Shown: piece by piece, positions 1-13,149 of the stretch
How the letters are laid out: every line of letters begins with the position of its first letter
How positions within the stretch are numbered: position 1 is the stretch's first letter
The notes under the pieces: model-generated
Seen by the model: the letters and a program-made list of their open reading frames with translations, nothing else
The model's database searches: none
What the model was told of the DNA's origin: nothing
DNA from: the human T2T-CHM13v2.0 reference genome, Homo sapiens
Assembly (NCBI RefSeq): GCF_009914755.1
Contig: NC_060948.1
Strand: one strand, 5' to 3'
Length of the DNA stretch: 64,000 bases
Position numbers and translations under genes: made by a program

Positions 1-9
1 AGCATATCT

Positions 10-305
10 GGCCAGGCGCGGTGGTTCACACCTGTAATCCCAGCACTTTGAGAGCCTGAGGTGGGAGGATCACTTGAGTCCAGGAGCTCAAAACCTCTCT
101 GGACAATATAGTGAGACTCTGTCTCTACTAAAAAGAAAAAAAAATCCCAGTGTGGTGGCGTGCACTTGGGAAGCTGAGGCAGGAAGATCCCTTGAGCCAA
201 GGGTCCAGTGAGTCGTGATGGCACCACTGAACTCCAGCATGAGTGACAGAGCAAGACCCTATCTCAAAAAAAAAAAAAAAAAAAAAAAGAGAAGAAAAAG
301 AAAAA
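10..305 (+). mobile_element. Alu (AluJ-like) with poly(A) tail
   Basis: Starts GGCCAGGCGCGGTGG...CCTGTAATCCCAGCACTTTG; GGAGGATCACTTGAG; two arms; A-tail from about 266. Confidence 0.93.
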
Positions 306-822
306 TCTGGGAGTCCATTTGGAAGCAGCAGACAGACGAGAGGACATCCCCTTCAGCAGGTGCATGCCACAGGGTGAGGCAGCACAGCAGGAATGAGAGG
401 GCAGGGACCTCCCAGCATGGCAAATGTAGCAGGGATTTTGAGTGACTGTATGGGAGGAGAGAGAGGGAGGACAGGTGAGTGACGATGCATGGTCTTTGAG
501 GGGGGCCAGGATGGCAGTGCAAATGCTTTTTCCTGAATGAAGTACCCCACTGGAAGATGCTTGTGCTTTATAAATGAAAGCGCTGACTCAAGCACAGAAT
601 GGGATGCTCATTTTCCCTAAGCATCTGCTGGGAGGTGGGCCAGGTCACAAGGATCAGCCCTCAGAGTGGCAGCTTCAGCTGAGCTACTTGGTGCCAGGCC
701 TCAGGGAGAGGCAGACGCGGGGCTGACGTACACGCCCCAGGAGGGCCCGAGAAAGGCCGCCACAGTCCCGTTCTGTTTTCTTCTCTGCTCTCCTTGCAAT
801 ATGGCATTCACTGTGGATTAAA

Positions 823-1015
823 GGGTGGGGGGAGGGGGAAGGGATAGCATTGGGAGATATACCTAAAAGTAAATGAGGTAATGGGTACAGCACACCAACA
901 TGGGACATGTATACATATGTAACAAACCTGCACATTGTGCACATATACCTTAAAACTTAAAGTATAATAATAATAAAATTTAAAAAAGAAAAAAAGGAAA
1001 AAAAGAAAAAGAAAA
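823..1015 (+). mobile_element. L1PA 3' end fragment
   Basis: GGGGGAAGGGATAGCATTGGGAGATATACCTAA...GTAACAAACCTGCACATTGTGCACAT...AACTTAAAGTATAATAATAATAAAA matches the primate L1 3' terminus, followed by an A-rich tail. Confidence 0.92.
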
Positions 1016-2505
1016 ACCACTTTGGGCCATGGGGCCAGTTTTCTTCCCTCTTCCTCATTCACACTCCCCCAGAAATAACAGAGCTCACTATAGTTTGTAT
1101 TGATTTTGGCACATACCACTTGTTTTAAAGGCCACACTGAATGCCCAGCGCCAGCACTCCACCACTGTGCATTTGAGAGGTTGGAGAGATGTTGCCCCCC
1201 TGTGCCAAGAGCCCACCCCACCACTCCCTGCGTGGCCCAGGAAGCCCACACACACAAGACTATTCAAGTGAGGGCTCTGGTTGTGCCTGAAGGGTTGTGA
1301 GCACTGCTAGAGGCTCTCACTCAATGATTTAAAGCTTCAGTCCCACTGGAGGGTGAGGCTCAGAAACAGCATTCACTCAGCCAGCAGCAGTGGGCCCAGA
1401 CAGCAGGGGAGGAGGGGTGGCATTGGGGGAGAAGAGGGGCTGCCCATGTTCTTCTCCAGCACCAACTCCCAATTGACAGGCACTGGGCCTCAGTGCAGAC
1501 TCACTCAGCAGCTTCTGGCTGGCTCCTCCAGGCAGGGTTCCAGGAACTGTCTCTTGTCCCTGGCTACACAGAGGACTCAGCCCCACAAAGGATTTCTCAC
1601 ATGGGAACAATGTCTGCTTTGTTGCTGAGAGCTCACACCCAGGGAATTTCTGGTTTCAGCTTCCAGGGGCTTTGTTTGTCTTGAACAGAGTGAAGCAAAG
1701 TGGTCTTCAGAAGGTTTCAGAAACAATCAGGGTCCCACGAGTAGAGACTAAACCCTGAAGAGGCCCTGGGCTTCATGAGGAGGTGCTGTAGGTTAAATCT
1801 GGGCTGGAGCAGAGCTGTGGCTCCATCCATCACTCCAACAGGTCTCCAGTGCCTCTAGCAAAGTGGGCAGAACATCTGCTGGGGAAACAGTCCCTGCCCT
1901 GCAAGGGGAAGATTTCCCTGCCATGGAAAGCATCAAACAGGCAGGGAGGCAGGGTCCAGCCAGGTGTAGGAGGCCCCTGATCTCCCGACACCCTTGCCCC
2001 AGTGCTGATGGAGCACCTCACTGGCTGAGATGACCGGGGCCTCACTTCTACGTGGCTGATGAGAGCCACATGATGTGGAGTCCCATGGACTCCACAGCAG
2101 TGACAATGAATGAACCCAAGCTACATGCGGATCATCCCCAAAACAACACTGTACAAAAGGAAGGCAATTCGTGGAAGGATTCAAACCACATACTATCATT
2201 TCCAGATAAAGGCTGGAAAGATGCCACACAGTCCTACAGATGGTACATGGGCATTTTCACCATGCGTAATGGCACAGAAGCAGTCAACTGGAAAGGCACA
2301 TGCCCAACGCAGGAGAGCAGTTCCCTCTCGGAGGAAGACAGGGTGGACCACACTGGCCACGTTGCTTGGAGCCATAAACTTCCTGAAAGCAGTTCCAGCA
2401 ACTATGGGACACGGTCAAACTTGATACAGTTGAGGACACAGATGTTTGCCATATTATTCTCTTTGTTAGAAATCATTCACAAGGAGCAAGGAAGGAGGGC
2501 AGGAG

Positions 2506-3056
2506 TGCAGGGGGCAGAAGAGGCCACCCCAAAATAGGCCACCTGGGCATAAAGACAGTCCTGAGCTGAAGGCGATGGAGGAAAAGCAGGTGTGAGAACA
2601 GCTCACTGCCTTCCCCCACCGCCAGTGTGCCTCAAAGCAAGACGTAAATTCAGAAGGAGTACCCACCCCCACCACACCAGGAAGGACAGAAGTTCATCAC
2701 TGGAGACAGCTTTAGACTGTTGTCAGCCCCACCCTGGAGGAACCTACAGAGCTGACTTCACCAACAGACTAGCCTTCAGCTGCTGTTACTTTCCTAAAGA
2801 TTGGCCACCCCACAATTTGCCCTCCAGGAACTCACAGGCCTTTCCCTTTGTCTTGTCACTTCTCTGCAAATGTACTGTTCCTGCACTGAGGCGCCATCCC
2901 AGCACAAGCTGTAGCCACTTTTTCAGACACTCTTTACTGACCAGTGCTCTATGTGTTCACAAACTGTTTTTCTCTTGCGACTGTGTCTTATGTCAGCTCA
3001 ATTTCAGGGCCCCAGGTAGAGAGGAGGGTAGTAGAAAAAGAAATTTCTCCTCTGCA
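2506..3056 (+). mobile_element. ERV1 solo LTR, MER34/MER39-like
   Basis: Start GCCACCCCAAAATAGGCCACCTGGGCATAAAG...TGAGCTGAAGGC and end AATTTCAGGGCCCCAG...AGAAATTTCTCCTCTGCA resemble recalled MER34-group termini. Confidence 0.6.
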
Positions 3057-5590
3057 GGGGGAGGTATTAGAAGAAAGAAAGGAGGGGAGGGAGGTGAATA
3101 GATGAATGGATGGATGGATAGATGGCTGACTGTGTGGGTAGGTGAGAGGGAGGAAGGAAGGGAGGAGGGGAGGGAAGGAGGTAGATGGATGGATGGATGA
3201 ATGGATGGATGGCTAACTGTGTGGGTAGGTGAGAGGGAGGAAGAAGGGAGGGAAGGCGAAAAGTAGGGAGGCAGGGAAGGAGAAAGGGAGGGAGGGAAGG
3301 AGCAAGGGGGGGAGGGAAAGAAGGAAAGAAGGAAGGAAAAAAGGGAGGGAGGTAAGAAGGGAGGGAAGGAGGGAGAGGAGGGGAGAGAGGGAAAGGGAGA
3401 GGGAGAGGAAGGGAGAGGATGGGAGGGAGGGAGAGGAAGGGAGAGGAAGGGAGGGAGAGGAAGGGAGAGAGAGGAAAGGAGGGAAGGAGAGGAAAGGAGG
3501 GAGGGAAAGGAAGGAAGGGAGGGAGAGGAAGTGAGGGAGAGGGAGGGGGAGTGAGAGAGGGAGAGGGAGGGAGGGGAAGGGAGGGAGGGAGAGGAAGGGA
3601 GGGAGTGGGAGAAGGGAAGAAGGGAGAGGAAGGGAGGGAGGGAGAGGAAGGAAGGGAGGGAGAGGAAGAGAGGGAGAGGGAGAGAAAGGGAGGGAGGGAG
3701 AGGGAGAGGAAGGGAGGGAGGGAGAGGGAGAGGAAGGGAAGGAGGGAGAGGGAGAGGGAGAGGAAGGCAGGGAGGGAGAGGGAGAGGAAGGGAAGGAGGG
3801 GGAGGCAGAGGGAGAGGAAGGGAGGGAGAGGGAGAGGAAGGGAAGGAGGGTGAGGGAGGGAGAGGAAGGGAGGGAGAGGGAGAGGAAGGGAAGGAGGGTG
3901 AGGGAGGGAGAGGAAGGGAGGGAGAGGGAGAGGAAGGGAAGGAGGGTAAGGGAGGGAGAGGAAGGAAGGGAGGGAGAGGGAGGGAGAGGAAGGAAGGGAG
4001 GGAGAGGGAGGCAGAGGGAGAGGGAGGAACAGAGGGAGAGGGAGGAAGGGAGGGAAGGAGAGGGAAGGAGGGAGGAGGGAGAGGAAGGGAGGGAGAGGGA
4101 GGGAGAGAAAGAGAGGAAAGGAGAGAGAGGAAGGGAGGGGCAGAGAGGAAGGGAGGGGAGAGAGAAGAGGGAGAGAGAAGGTGGGGAGAGAGAAGCGGGG
4201 AAGAGAGGAAGGGAGGGGGAGAGAGGAAGGTGGGAGAGAGGAAGGGAGGGAGGGAGAGGGAGAGGAAGGGAGGGAGAGAGAGAGGGAGATGAAGAGAGAG
4301 AGGGAGGGAGGGAGGGAGAGAGAGGGAGAGGAAGGGAGGGAGGGAGGGAGAAAGGGAGGGAGATGAAGGGAGGGATAGGAAGAAAGGGACGGAGGTAGAG
4401 GAAGAAAGGGAGGGAGGGAGAGGGCGAGGAACGGAGGGAGTGAGAGGGTGAGGAACAGAGGGAAGGAGAGGGTGAGGAAGGGAGGGACGGAGAGGGTGAG
4501 GGAGGGAGAGAGAGGGTGAGGAAGGGAGGGATAGGGTGAGAAAGGGAGGGAGAGGGCAAGGAAGGGAGGGAGGGAGAAGGGGGATTGCAGGGAGAGGAAG
4601 GGAGGGAGGGAGAAGGAGGAAGAGAGGGAGAGAGAGGAAGGGAGGGAAGGAGAGGGAGAGAAAGAGAGTGGGAGGAAGGGAGGGAGAAGGAGAGGAAGGG
4701 AGAGGGAGGAAGGGAGGGAAGGAGAGGAAGGGAGGGAGATGGAGGGAAGGAGAGGAAGGGAGGGAGATGGAGGGAGAGGGAGGGAGAAGAAGGGAGAAGA
4801 AGGGAGAGGAAGGGAGGGAGGGAAGGAGGGAGAAAGAGGGAGGGACAGGGAGGGAGAGGGAGGGAGGAAGAGAGGGAGAGGGTGAGGAAGGGAGGGAGAG
4901 GGCAAGGAAGGGAGCGAGGGAGAGGGTGAGGAAGGAAGGGAGGGAAGGAGGGAGAGAAAGTAAGGGAGGGAGGGAGGGAGAGGAAGGAGGAGAGGGAGAG
5001 AAAGGAGGAGAGGGAGAGGACAGGAGGGAGCGGAAGGGAGGGAGCGAGAGGAAGGATGAGAGGAAGAGGACAGGAGGGAGCAAGAGGAAGGGAGGGAGAG
5101 GAAAGGAGGGAGAGGAAGGGAGAGAGAGGAAGGGAGAGGAAGGAAGGGAAGGAGAGGAGGGGAGGGAGGGAGAGGGAGAGGAAGGGAGGGAGGGAGAGGG
5201 AGAGAAGGGGAGGGAGAGGAAGGGAAGGAGGGAGAGGAATGGAAGGAGGGAGAGGAAGGGAGGGAGGGAGAGGAAGGAAGGGAGGGAGAGGGAGGAAAGG
5301 AGGGAGAGGGAGGAACAGAGGGAGAGGGAGGAAGGGAGGGAAGGAGAGGGAGGGAGGGAGAGGAAGGGAGGGAGGGAGAAAGATGGAGGGAGGGAGAGGG
5401 AGAGGAAGGGAGAGGGAGAGGAAGGGAGGGAGGGAGAAGAAGGAAGAGGGAGGGAGGGAGGAGGAAGAAGGAGGGAGAGAGGGAGAAGAAGGAAGAGGGA
5501 GGGACAGGGAGGGAGAGGGAGTTAGAGGAAGGGAGGGAGAGGGAGAGACAGAGGGGGAGGGAGGGAGAGGAAGAAAATGATAAGAAGGAA
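3057..5590. repeat. ~2.5-kb polypurine/polypyrimidine low-complexity tract (GGGA/GGAA/GAGA), with short (TGGA)n at the left end
   Basis: The + strand is almost exclusively G and A; recurring GGGAGAGGAAGGGA motifs. Confidence 0.97.
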
Positions 5591-7254
5591 AGCTGAGAAG
5601 ACTTCCTAATGCAGGACCTAAGTCTGCTCCCAATTATTCACATTAGAGGAATGTCAGGGTAGCAATGACATTGATAATCCCAAATCAATAGTATAGTCTT
5701 CTATTAAGTCTCTGGCTATAAACCAAAATATATTTACTGTGTACCAATTATACATGAGGGATCCCCCTAGGGTGCATGTGGCTTCATGTCCAGCGCACGT
5801 TCTTTCTTTGTAAGGAAGGCGCCATGCCATTGTCCACAGTTTTTGGAGCACCCTGTGTCCAACCACCTAACACAATCCCTGCCTAGGTCTCCTGGGGACT
5901 TTCGGCTACATGGAGTGGGTAAGGGCAGGAACTTCTCACCCTGTGTTTAGACACTTCACAAGGCAAAGACGACGGCACGAGCCAAGAAAAGGGGGCACCT
6001 GTTTCTTACTCTTGAGTCCCTAAAATGAGAGTGGGCTTTATAAGAATCCTGAAATTAGGAGTTTTCACAGAACATCTGGGTTTCAGTCATCTCTAGAAAA
6101 ATCACAGGCTACTGCCTCCTGAGCCCACTCTACCCACCTTGCAGCCATGTGGGTACCGAGCCGTGTGGCCCTCTGGACGGGGCAAGGGCAACATGATTCA
6201 CCCAGCCCCACCTCACTATGCCCTCTGCATGCTGGGAGCCACTGCCCCTCACCATCCAGGTACACTGAGGCTCACCCTGCACTCAACGCACCCACCCCAT
6301 CAGCCCTGGGCCCGGGCAGCAGAATAGTGGACCCTGTGCTAGTGTTTTATAACTGGGGGGCCCTGTGAGTGTTCAGGAACCTCCCAGGGAGGCCACGGGC
6401 AGTTCACCAGGAACCAACACTCTATGTCCAATTAGGAGAAAGCTGATACCCGCTGTTGAGTCCCAGCACTCTTCCAGCATGGGAAGAGCCTGCCGGGTAG
6501 CAGGGTGCACTGGAACCACATCCTCAGCAGGCACTCAGGCCTCGCCCCTCAGCTTTGCTGCCCAGAAACCTGACAGCAGCCACTCCTCATCAGATATCAA
6601 CCTCCACCTGTGGCTGTGATGCCACCCTATTCCACCCGTTTTTGTTCTTCATCCTCATTCTCCTGGGCCCTGCTGGGTTGGAAAGCAGCACAGGCATGAG
6701 GTTGAAGGGAAGGAGCCCTTCTTAAGTGGAGCAAAATCTACTCAGAGCTCACATCACTCATTGATGCAGAAAGAAGCCTAGTGTTGTAGCGAGGCCAGCC
6801 TCAGCGTCAACATCTGAAATACGGGAGGTGGGAGGAGCCTGCAGCTCAGAGCCCTGGCACAGAGCAGAAAAGGCCCACACTGATTCTGCCCCTGCTCAGG
6901 TCAGATAATGTCTGACTGGCAAGAGCAGGCGAGAGACCATCCAGGCTCCAAGCTGTTTCCAGGGGTGTGTGTGTAGGAAGCCCCCGTCAGTGGACAGTGG
7001 ACACCCAGTGAACACATGCTGGGTGGCCGGCCAGGGCTCCTGATCACAGACACCCACAAGAGCAGTCAGGGGGACATGAAGGGGTTGAGGCTGGCAGAAT
7101 GTGGTCCCTCAATCAGCCAGGCAGCAGCATTCCCACTCTGGCCACAGCTGGTAGGTAGGAACACAGGTCTGGTGTTGCCAGGCCTGCAGATATCTTTTAG
7201 ATATGTCAGATTTGACCAAAAAAAACATGAAATTTAGAAACATTGGAAATTCAC

Positions 7255-7551
7255 TTTGTTTTTTATTGAGACAGAGTCTCACTCTGTCACCCAGGCCAGA
7301 GTGCAGGTTTTCAATCTCGGCTCACTGAAACCTCAGCCTCCCATGTTCAAGTCATTCTCCTGCCTCAGCCTCCCAATTAGCTGGGATTACAGGTCCCTGC
7401 CACCATGCCTGGAGAATTTTTTGTACTTTTAGTAGAGACGGGTTTTCACCATGTTGGCCAGGCTGGTCTCAAACTCGTGACCTCAAGTGATCCACCTGCC
7501 TCCACCTCCCAAAGTGCTAGAATTACAGGCATGAGCCACCACGCCTGGCCA
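7255..7551 (-). mobile_element. AluS
   Basis: Reverse Alu; target-site duplication GAAATTCACT at about 7246 and 7552. Confidence 0.93.
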
Positions 7552-8044
7552 GAAATTCACTGTTTTTAACGGATTACTTTGCAGGCCACATAGTACACAT
7601 CTACAGCTGGCCCTGAGTCCAGGAACAAAACCAACAGCCCACAGCAGGAAGGACGGCAAGGAGGGGCTCCTGAGGCCACAGCCCCTGCTTCTGCCAGTGG
7701 ACATCTTCACCCCCTAGGACTCCTGTGTCCCCTTAGTACCGGCTCTGGGGGTGACGGTGAAAACAGGCGCATCTGCCCCCAAGCCATGGTGCAGAAGGGC
7801 CCCGGTGCTTGGTCTGAAGAGGAACTGGGATTTTGTGCAGAAGCAGGTGAGCAGACAGGAGGAGAAGGCTGGGTCACACTTCCTGGGCTCTTTCCAGAAC
7901 CATCCTGGGAGCTCATGGCCAGAGATCTGACTGGGAGGGTCTTGACCTTGGTAAGGGGCTTGAGTAACATGATTAGCAGCTTCCTGGGAACAGCAGACAC
8001 CTGATCACTGCCTGGGAAAACATTTAATTATTAACTCCCGGGTG

Positions 8045-8222
8045 GAGAGCCACCGGGCATGGCAGACGGCACAAGTCCCATCTGCGTTTCAGACAAACAA
8101 CAAAGACACTTTACTGCATGTCCCAAATAATTGCAGGGGACATCCTTACATTAAAAAACTCTCTGCTGTTCATCTGAAATTCAGGCAGAACTGGGTGTGC
8201 TGCATTTTATCTGGCAACACCA
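8045..8222. mobile_element. MER53-like palindromic hAT MITE
   Basis: TTTCAGACAAACAAC...ATGTCCCAAATAATTGCAGGGGACAT...GTTCATCTGAAATTCA...ATCTGGCAAC, with internal dyad symmetry typical of MER53. Confidence 0.7.
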
Positions 8223-8824
8223 TGGGAGAGCCAGGGGGGCTGGGCTGAGTTCTCTTACCCCGTGAGGCCCAGCACGCCGGGAGGCTCCGCAGAGAGAATG
8301 AAAGCAAAGCCGAAGACGCAATCTGAAATCCTGGCTTCCCCAGGAAAAGCCAGTGCCAGGTCAGAGGAGAGGAAGGTTGCTCACCTACCCGGGCAACCGT
8401 TTTCTATGTAACTGATCTCTTGGGTGGGTGGGGGGTGGGGGGAGAGGCTATAAAATCCCAGGTCCATGAACTTCAATGACTCTTAGTGTGTGTATCTTTC
8501 CTTGGCCCTCCTAGGGTAGCTACTAATGAGGAGAAAAGAAAATCATCACAGTCAAAGCAAGTTCAACAAAAACTTAGCATTTTGCTGCTAACTTACTCCA
8601 AGAAAACCTAAAATCCTCAACTGGCTCATTCGTCCTCCAATACCTCTGATGAAAAGGTAGAGAGACTTTTCCACTAATTATTTCAGCCACTGTGAAAATA
8701 TGAAAGCTGACCTGGGAGAGAAGATACATAATAAAAACAAACAAAAAACCTCACAGCCAGGGCTGACTTTGTCAAGGTTAGAGTTGCAAAACCTTTGTAA
8801 ACACCTTTAAAAGTGCAAGAGTTC

Positions 8825-9172
<348 letters not shown>

Positions 9173-9814
9173 TTAAGATACTTTTTCACCATAAGAAGGT
9201 TTTTATTGATATGGAATCTCTGAGAGACACCCTGTGTGTGAAACACATGGAAACCGAGATTTTGTGACTAAACATTTCATTTATTTTGCGCATTCCTGTG
9301 TAAAATGCGCCCGTCCTCAAGGCAGTGAGGACCCCGAGGCTACCCTGGTGCCATTTACAGACATTTAAACTCGGGGTCAAATGGTTGCAGGACTGACAGC
9401 ACTCCATGGGAACCCGTGGAACTGGAACAGAATATTCAAGGAATCCAGGTTCCATCGGATGTTAGAAAATTGCCGTTCTAGGAGCTGACATAAACATAGG
9501 GCTGAGGGCAATTGCGAGGGGGTGGGCTTCAGGGAAGGGTGGGCCGCCAGCCAGTCCAGAGTTGGCAGGTGTGAGGGAAGAGGAGGCCAGCCAGGTGTGA
9601 GGGAAGGGGAGGCCAGCCAGGCAGAGGAGAGAAAGGCATGCCGGCTTCCTTCTGTTCATTTAATCCACTGTTCTCCTCCCCGCACCTGCAAAACACATCA
9701 GCTGAGAAGGAGCTAGAACACAACATATGGGGGCCCTGGCCAAGGGAGTGGACTGCTCTGGAAGTTGCTGCAAAAGCAGACCTTCTGACACACTGCCACA
9801 AATACTGGAGGGCT

Positions 9815-10585
9815 GAACTTACCCCTGCCCACACTACCGGAGGGGAGGACCTACCCCTGGCCCACACTCCCAGAGGAGGGATGGACCTACCCTGCCCACA
9901 CTCCCAGAGGAATGGACCTACCCCCGCCCACGCTCCCAGAGGGATGGACCTACCCCAGCCCAGTCTCCTGGAGAGATGGACCTGTTCCGCCCACACTCCC
10001 AGAGGGGTGGACCTACCCCAGCCCACGCTCCCACAGGGGTGGACCTATCCTGCCCACGCTCCCAGAGGGGTGGACTTGCCACAGCCCATGCTCCCACAGG
10101 GGTGGACCTATCCTGCCCATGCTCCCAGAGGGGTGGGCCTACGCCCATCCAGGCTCCCAGAGGGATGGACATGCCACACCCATGCTCCCAGAGGGGCGGA
10201 TCTACTCCACCTAGGCTCCCAGAGGGGTGGATCTACCCCAGCCCACGCTCGTGGAGGAGTGGACCTATCCCCACCCATGCTCCCGGAGGAGGGGTGGACC
10301 TACACCAGCCCACACTCCCAGGGGAGGGGTGGACCTACCCCAGCCCACACTCCTGGAAGTATGAACCTACCCCAGCCCACACTCCCGGAGGAAGGGTGGA
10401 GCTACCCCAGCCCACACTCCCAGAGGGATGAACCTACTCCAGCCCATGCTCCCAGAGGAGGGGTGGACCTACCCCAGCCCATGCTCCCGGAGGAGGGGTG
10501 GACCTACCCCAGCCCACGCTCCCAGAGGGATGAACCTACCCTGTCCATGCTCCCAGAGTAGGGATGGACCTGCCCCTCCCATGCC
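9815..10585. repeat. GC-rich minisatellite (VNTR), unit ~32 bp (31-36), ~23-24 copies
   Basis: Unit GGACCTACCCCAGCCCACGCTCCCAGAGGGGT; GGACCT recurs at 9883, 9914, 9946, 9978, 10009, 10041 and onward. Confidence 0.95.
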
Positions 10586-10902
10586 CCCCGCCACGCCCTC
10601 AACATGGAGAAGCCACCAGCCCCCAGTAACTGAAGCAGAACCTGGCGGGGAGGTCTGGGGATCCGACCACATCAGTGCTGGGATTCAGTCTAGCACCACC
10701 TCTTCCTGCAGTCTTGCCTAGAAGCTGTCCCCCAAACCCGCCCTGCCCCACTACTCCTCAAAGCCCCCCAGAGAGGTGGCCCATCCCATCCACCCCAAAT
10801 AGAGTGACTATGGCTGTGTCCACATGAAACCACGTGGCAACCCCACGTCAGGGCTGTGCCTTCTGCCACGTAGGCCCCAGGAATCAGCATGGCATTAGAC
10901 TC

Positions 10903-11300
10903 ACTGTGAGCTGAACTGGGTCCCCAGCTCAAATCCGTATGTGGAAGTCTGAATCTCTGGGGCCTGGGAAATTGACAGTATTGGAGACAAGGCCTTTAAA
11001 AAGTAGTTAAGTTTCCACAAGGTCTTACAGGTGGGCCCTAATGCAAGGCTGGTGTCCTTACCAGAAGAGGAACTCTGGACACACAAGAGTCACCCAGGGG
11101 TGCAAGTGCACAGAGGGATGATCATGGGAAGACACAGCAAGAAGGCAGCCACGTGCACACCAGGGAGTGAGACCTCAGGAGGACCCAGCCCTGCCACACC
11201 TTGATCTCAGACAAACAGCCTCCAGAACTGTGAGACCATCAATGTCTGTCATCTAGGCTGCCAGTTCTGTGGTGCTTTGTGATGGCAGCCCGAGCTGACT
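10903..11300 (+). mobile_element. MaLR LTR (MLT1B-like)
   Basis: GTGGGCCCTAAT...GGTGTCCTTA...ACACCTTGATCTCAGAC..CAGCCTCCAGAACTGTGAGA...TTTGTGATGGCAGCCC. Confidence 0.8.
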
Positions 11301-12056
11301 CCTCCAGTCCCCAGGACCCTCCTGATAGGTTTGTGAAACAGATGCATGGAACAAACAGATTTCTGAAAAGAACCTCCATCTATCCAGGTTTCCTGGGATT
11401 TCCCTAATCACCATCAGACAAACACTCTGTTGCCAGCCCCGCTGGCATCTCGGGATGAACTCAGGAAACGGGATCCTGCCTCTGAGTTTCTGCCCTCCAC
11501 TGGTGTCACCATCTCCTGCCCTGAGTTTCTCTCCCTGTTCAGCCAAATCCTTCCCTTTCAGACTCGTTCTACCCCAGGTCAGTACCAACTGCCTATGGTA
11601 CACAAGCTCCCCTTCCTCTCACCTCAGAGGGCCTGGAGTCAACGCCTAATTCCACATCTAATTCCTTCCTAAACTGTGCCTCCTGACTCCAGCTCTGACA
11701 ACTAATTCCATTACACATACACCCTCAAACCCTCCTCTGGACATATACATTTGTGAAATGTAACTGGATAGAACAAAAACACACAGGTCATTTTGCTGCT
11801 GAATTTTTAAGAGGGCTTTATATAGCAGTGTCTCAGAGAGAGGGGTAAATGCAGCATTTCCCAAGTGCCCCTGCCCCAGACATTCTTTTCCCCTGGGGCT
11901 CATAAACAATCTCCCACAACAGGAAGAGAAGCTATGGTCTGAGTTGCCCATGGGCCTTTCCTTGCTAGACTCAAGATCTTAGAAGCAAAAGCCAATCACA
12001 AACCTACAATGCATGGCCCATTGAGGCCAGCACCCTGCCAAGTATTATCGCCTGAA

Positions 12057-12200
12057 AGAGGGATAGCATTAGGAGATACATCTAATGTAAATGACAAGTA
12101 AATGGGTGCAGCACACCAACATGACACATGTATACATAAGTAACAAACCTGCACATTTTGCACATGTACCCTAGAACTTAAAGTTTAATAAATATATATA
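12057..12200 (+). mobile_element. L1PA 3' end fragment
   Basis: GGGATAGCATTAGGAGATACATCTAATGTAAATGAC...GTACCCTAGAACTTAAAGT. Confidence 0.9.
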
Positions 12201-13149
12201 TGGAAAGACACTGACAGCAGGAACTCTGCAATGGTTCTCTATCTAAAAGAAGTGGGCTGTTGGGATATAACGGCTACTTCACACCTTCCTCTTAATACTA
12301 AAACCAATATCCCCAAATCAGAAAACAAACTACTAATAAATCAGATGCCTGAATTAAAATGATACGTCACTTAAGAGCACTCCCTTAGATGAATTGCAAT
12401 GCCTCACTGGTGCGTTCTATTAAGATATTGGGGTGTCCAGGTCTTGCAAAAGACTGGTGAGATGGTACATTCATTAGGTAAGTCTATTTCTCTGCCATGC
12501 CTCAGCATTCACGTGGGAGTGTGCCGTTTTCTCGGTGGCACCAGTGACCACACCACTAATGTGGTCTGCACTATCTTTCTTTGGCCAGACTCAACACAGC
12601 CTCCAACAGTCTCTCAGCTTCTGCTAGAAAAGCCAGAGAGAAGAGTCTGTCTGGCTTTCTAATTGGGCCTCAGTGGGTTTCTGTCCGGCTGCTGTAAAGA
12701 GCACGTGATTTATAAAGAAGGCTTCATTTTGTGACAGGGTTCCATTTCAATTCTCTTACAGCAGAATTCAAGGGGTTCTGGCCAGCTAGCATGAACCCTC
12801 TCTTAGCCTATTTGTGATATGCTGGCCTACCCATCTCACAGTTCTGCAGAAACCATTCACCATGACCAGAAAGGGAGTGACATGCCCAAGGTAAAAGGCT
12901 TCCTGGGAGACAACCTACAGAGAAGGAAACCAATCAAGACAACAGGTCAACAAACTCCTTCTGGGACACTGCCCCTGTGTGCAGCTCTTAAGTGTGGGTC
13001 CAACAAGGCCCTGTGTTCAGCAGGAACAAGAGGCCCAGCCACGGACAGCCTGGGGGGACACAAACCACCCCCAGTCATGACCAAAGTCTTGGAAAACTGG
13101 GAATAGAAGAGAATTTCCTGAACTCGAACAGAGAACCTACTCAAATCCT

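Noticed and set aside
2052-2537. 161-aa ORF in non-repeat sequence
   Set aside because: Starts at GTG, runs into an LTR and shows no recognisable homology.
2993-5633. Long ORFs of 612-806 aa (Pro/Ser/Leu-rich) and Arg/Gly/Glu-rich ORFs on the other strand
   Set aside because: Artefacts of the purine/pyrimidine tract, which cannot form stop codons; open in all frames with no domain signal.
9638-10561. 307-aa ORF
   Set aside because: It is a translation of the 32-bp VNTR; there is no splice or homology support.
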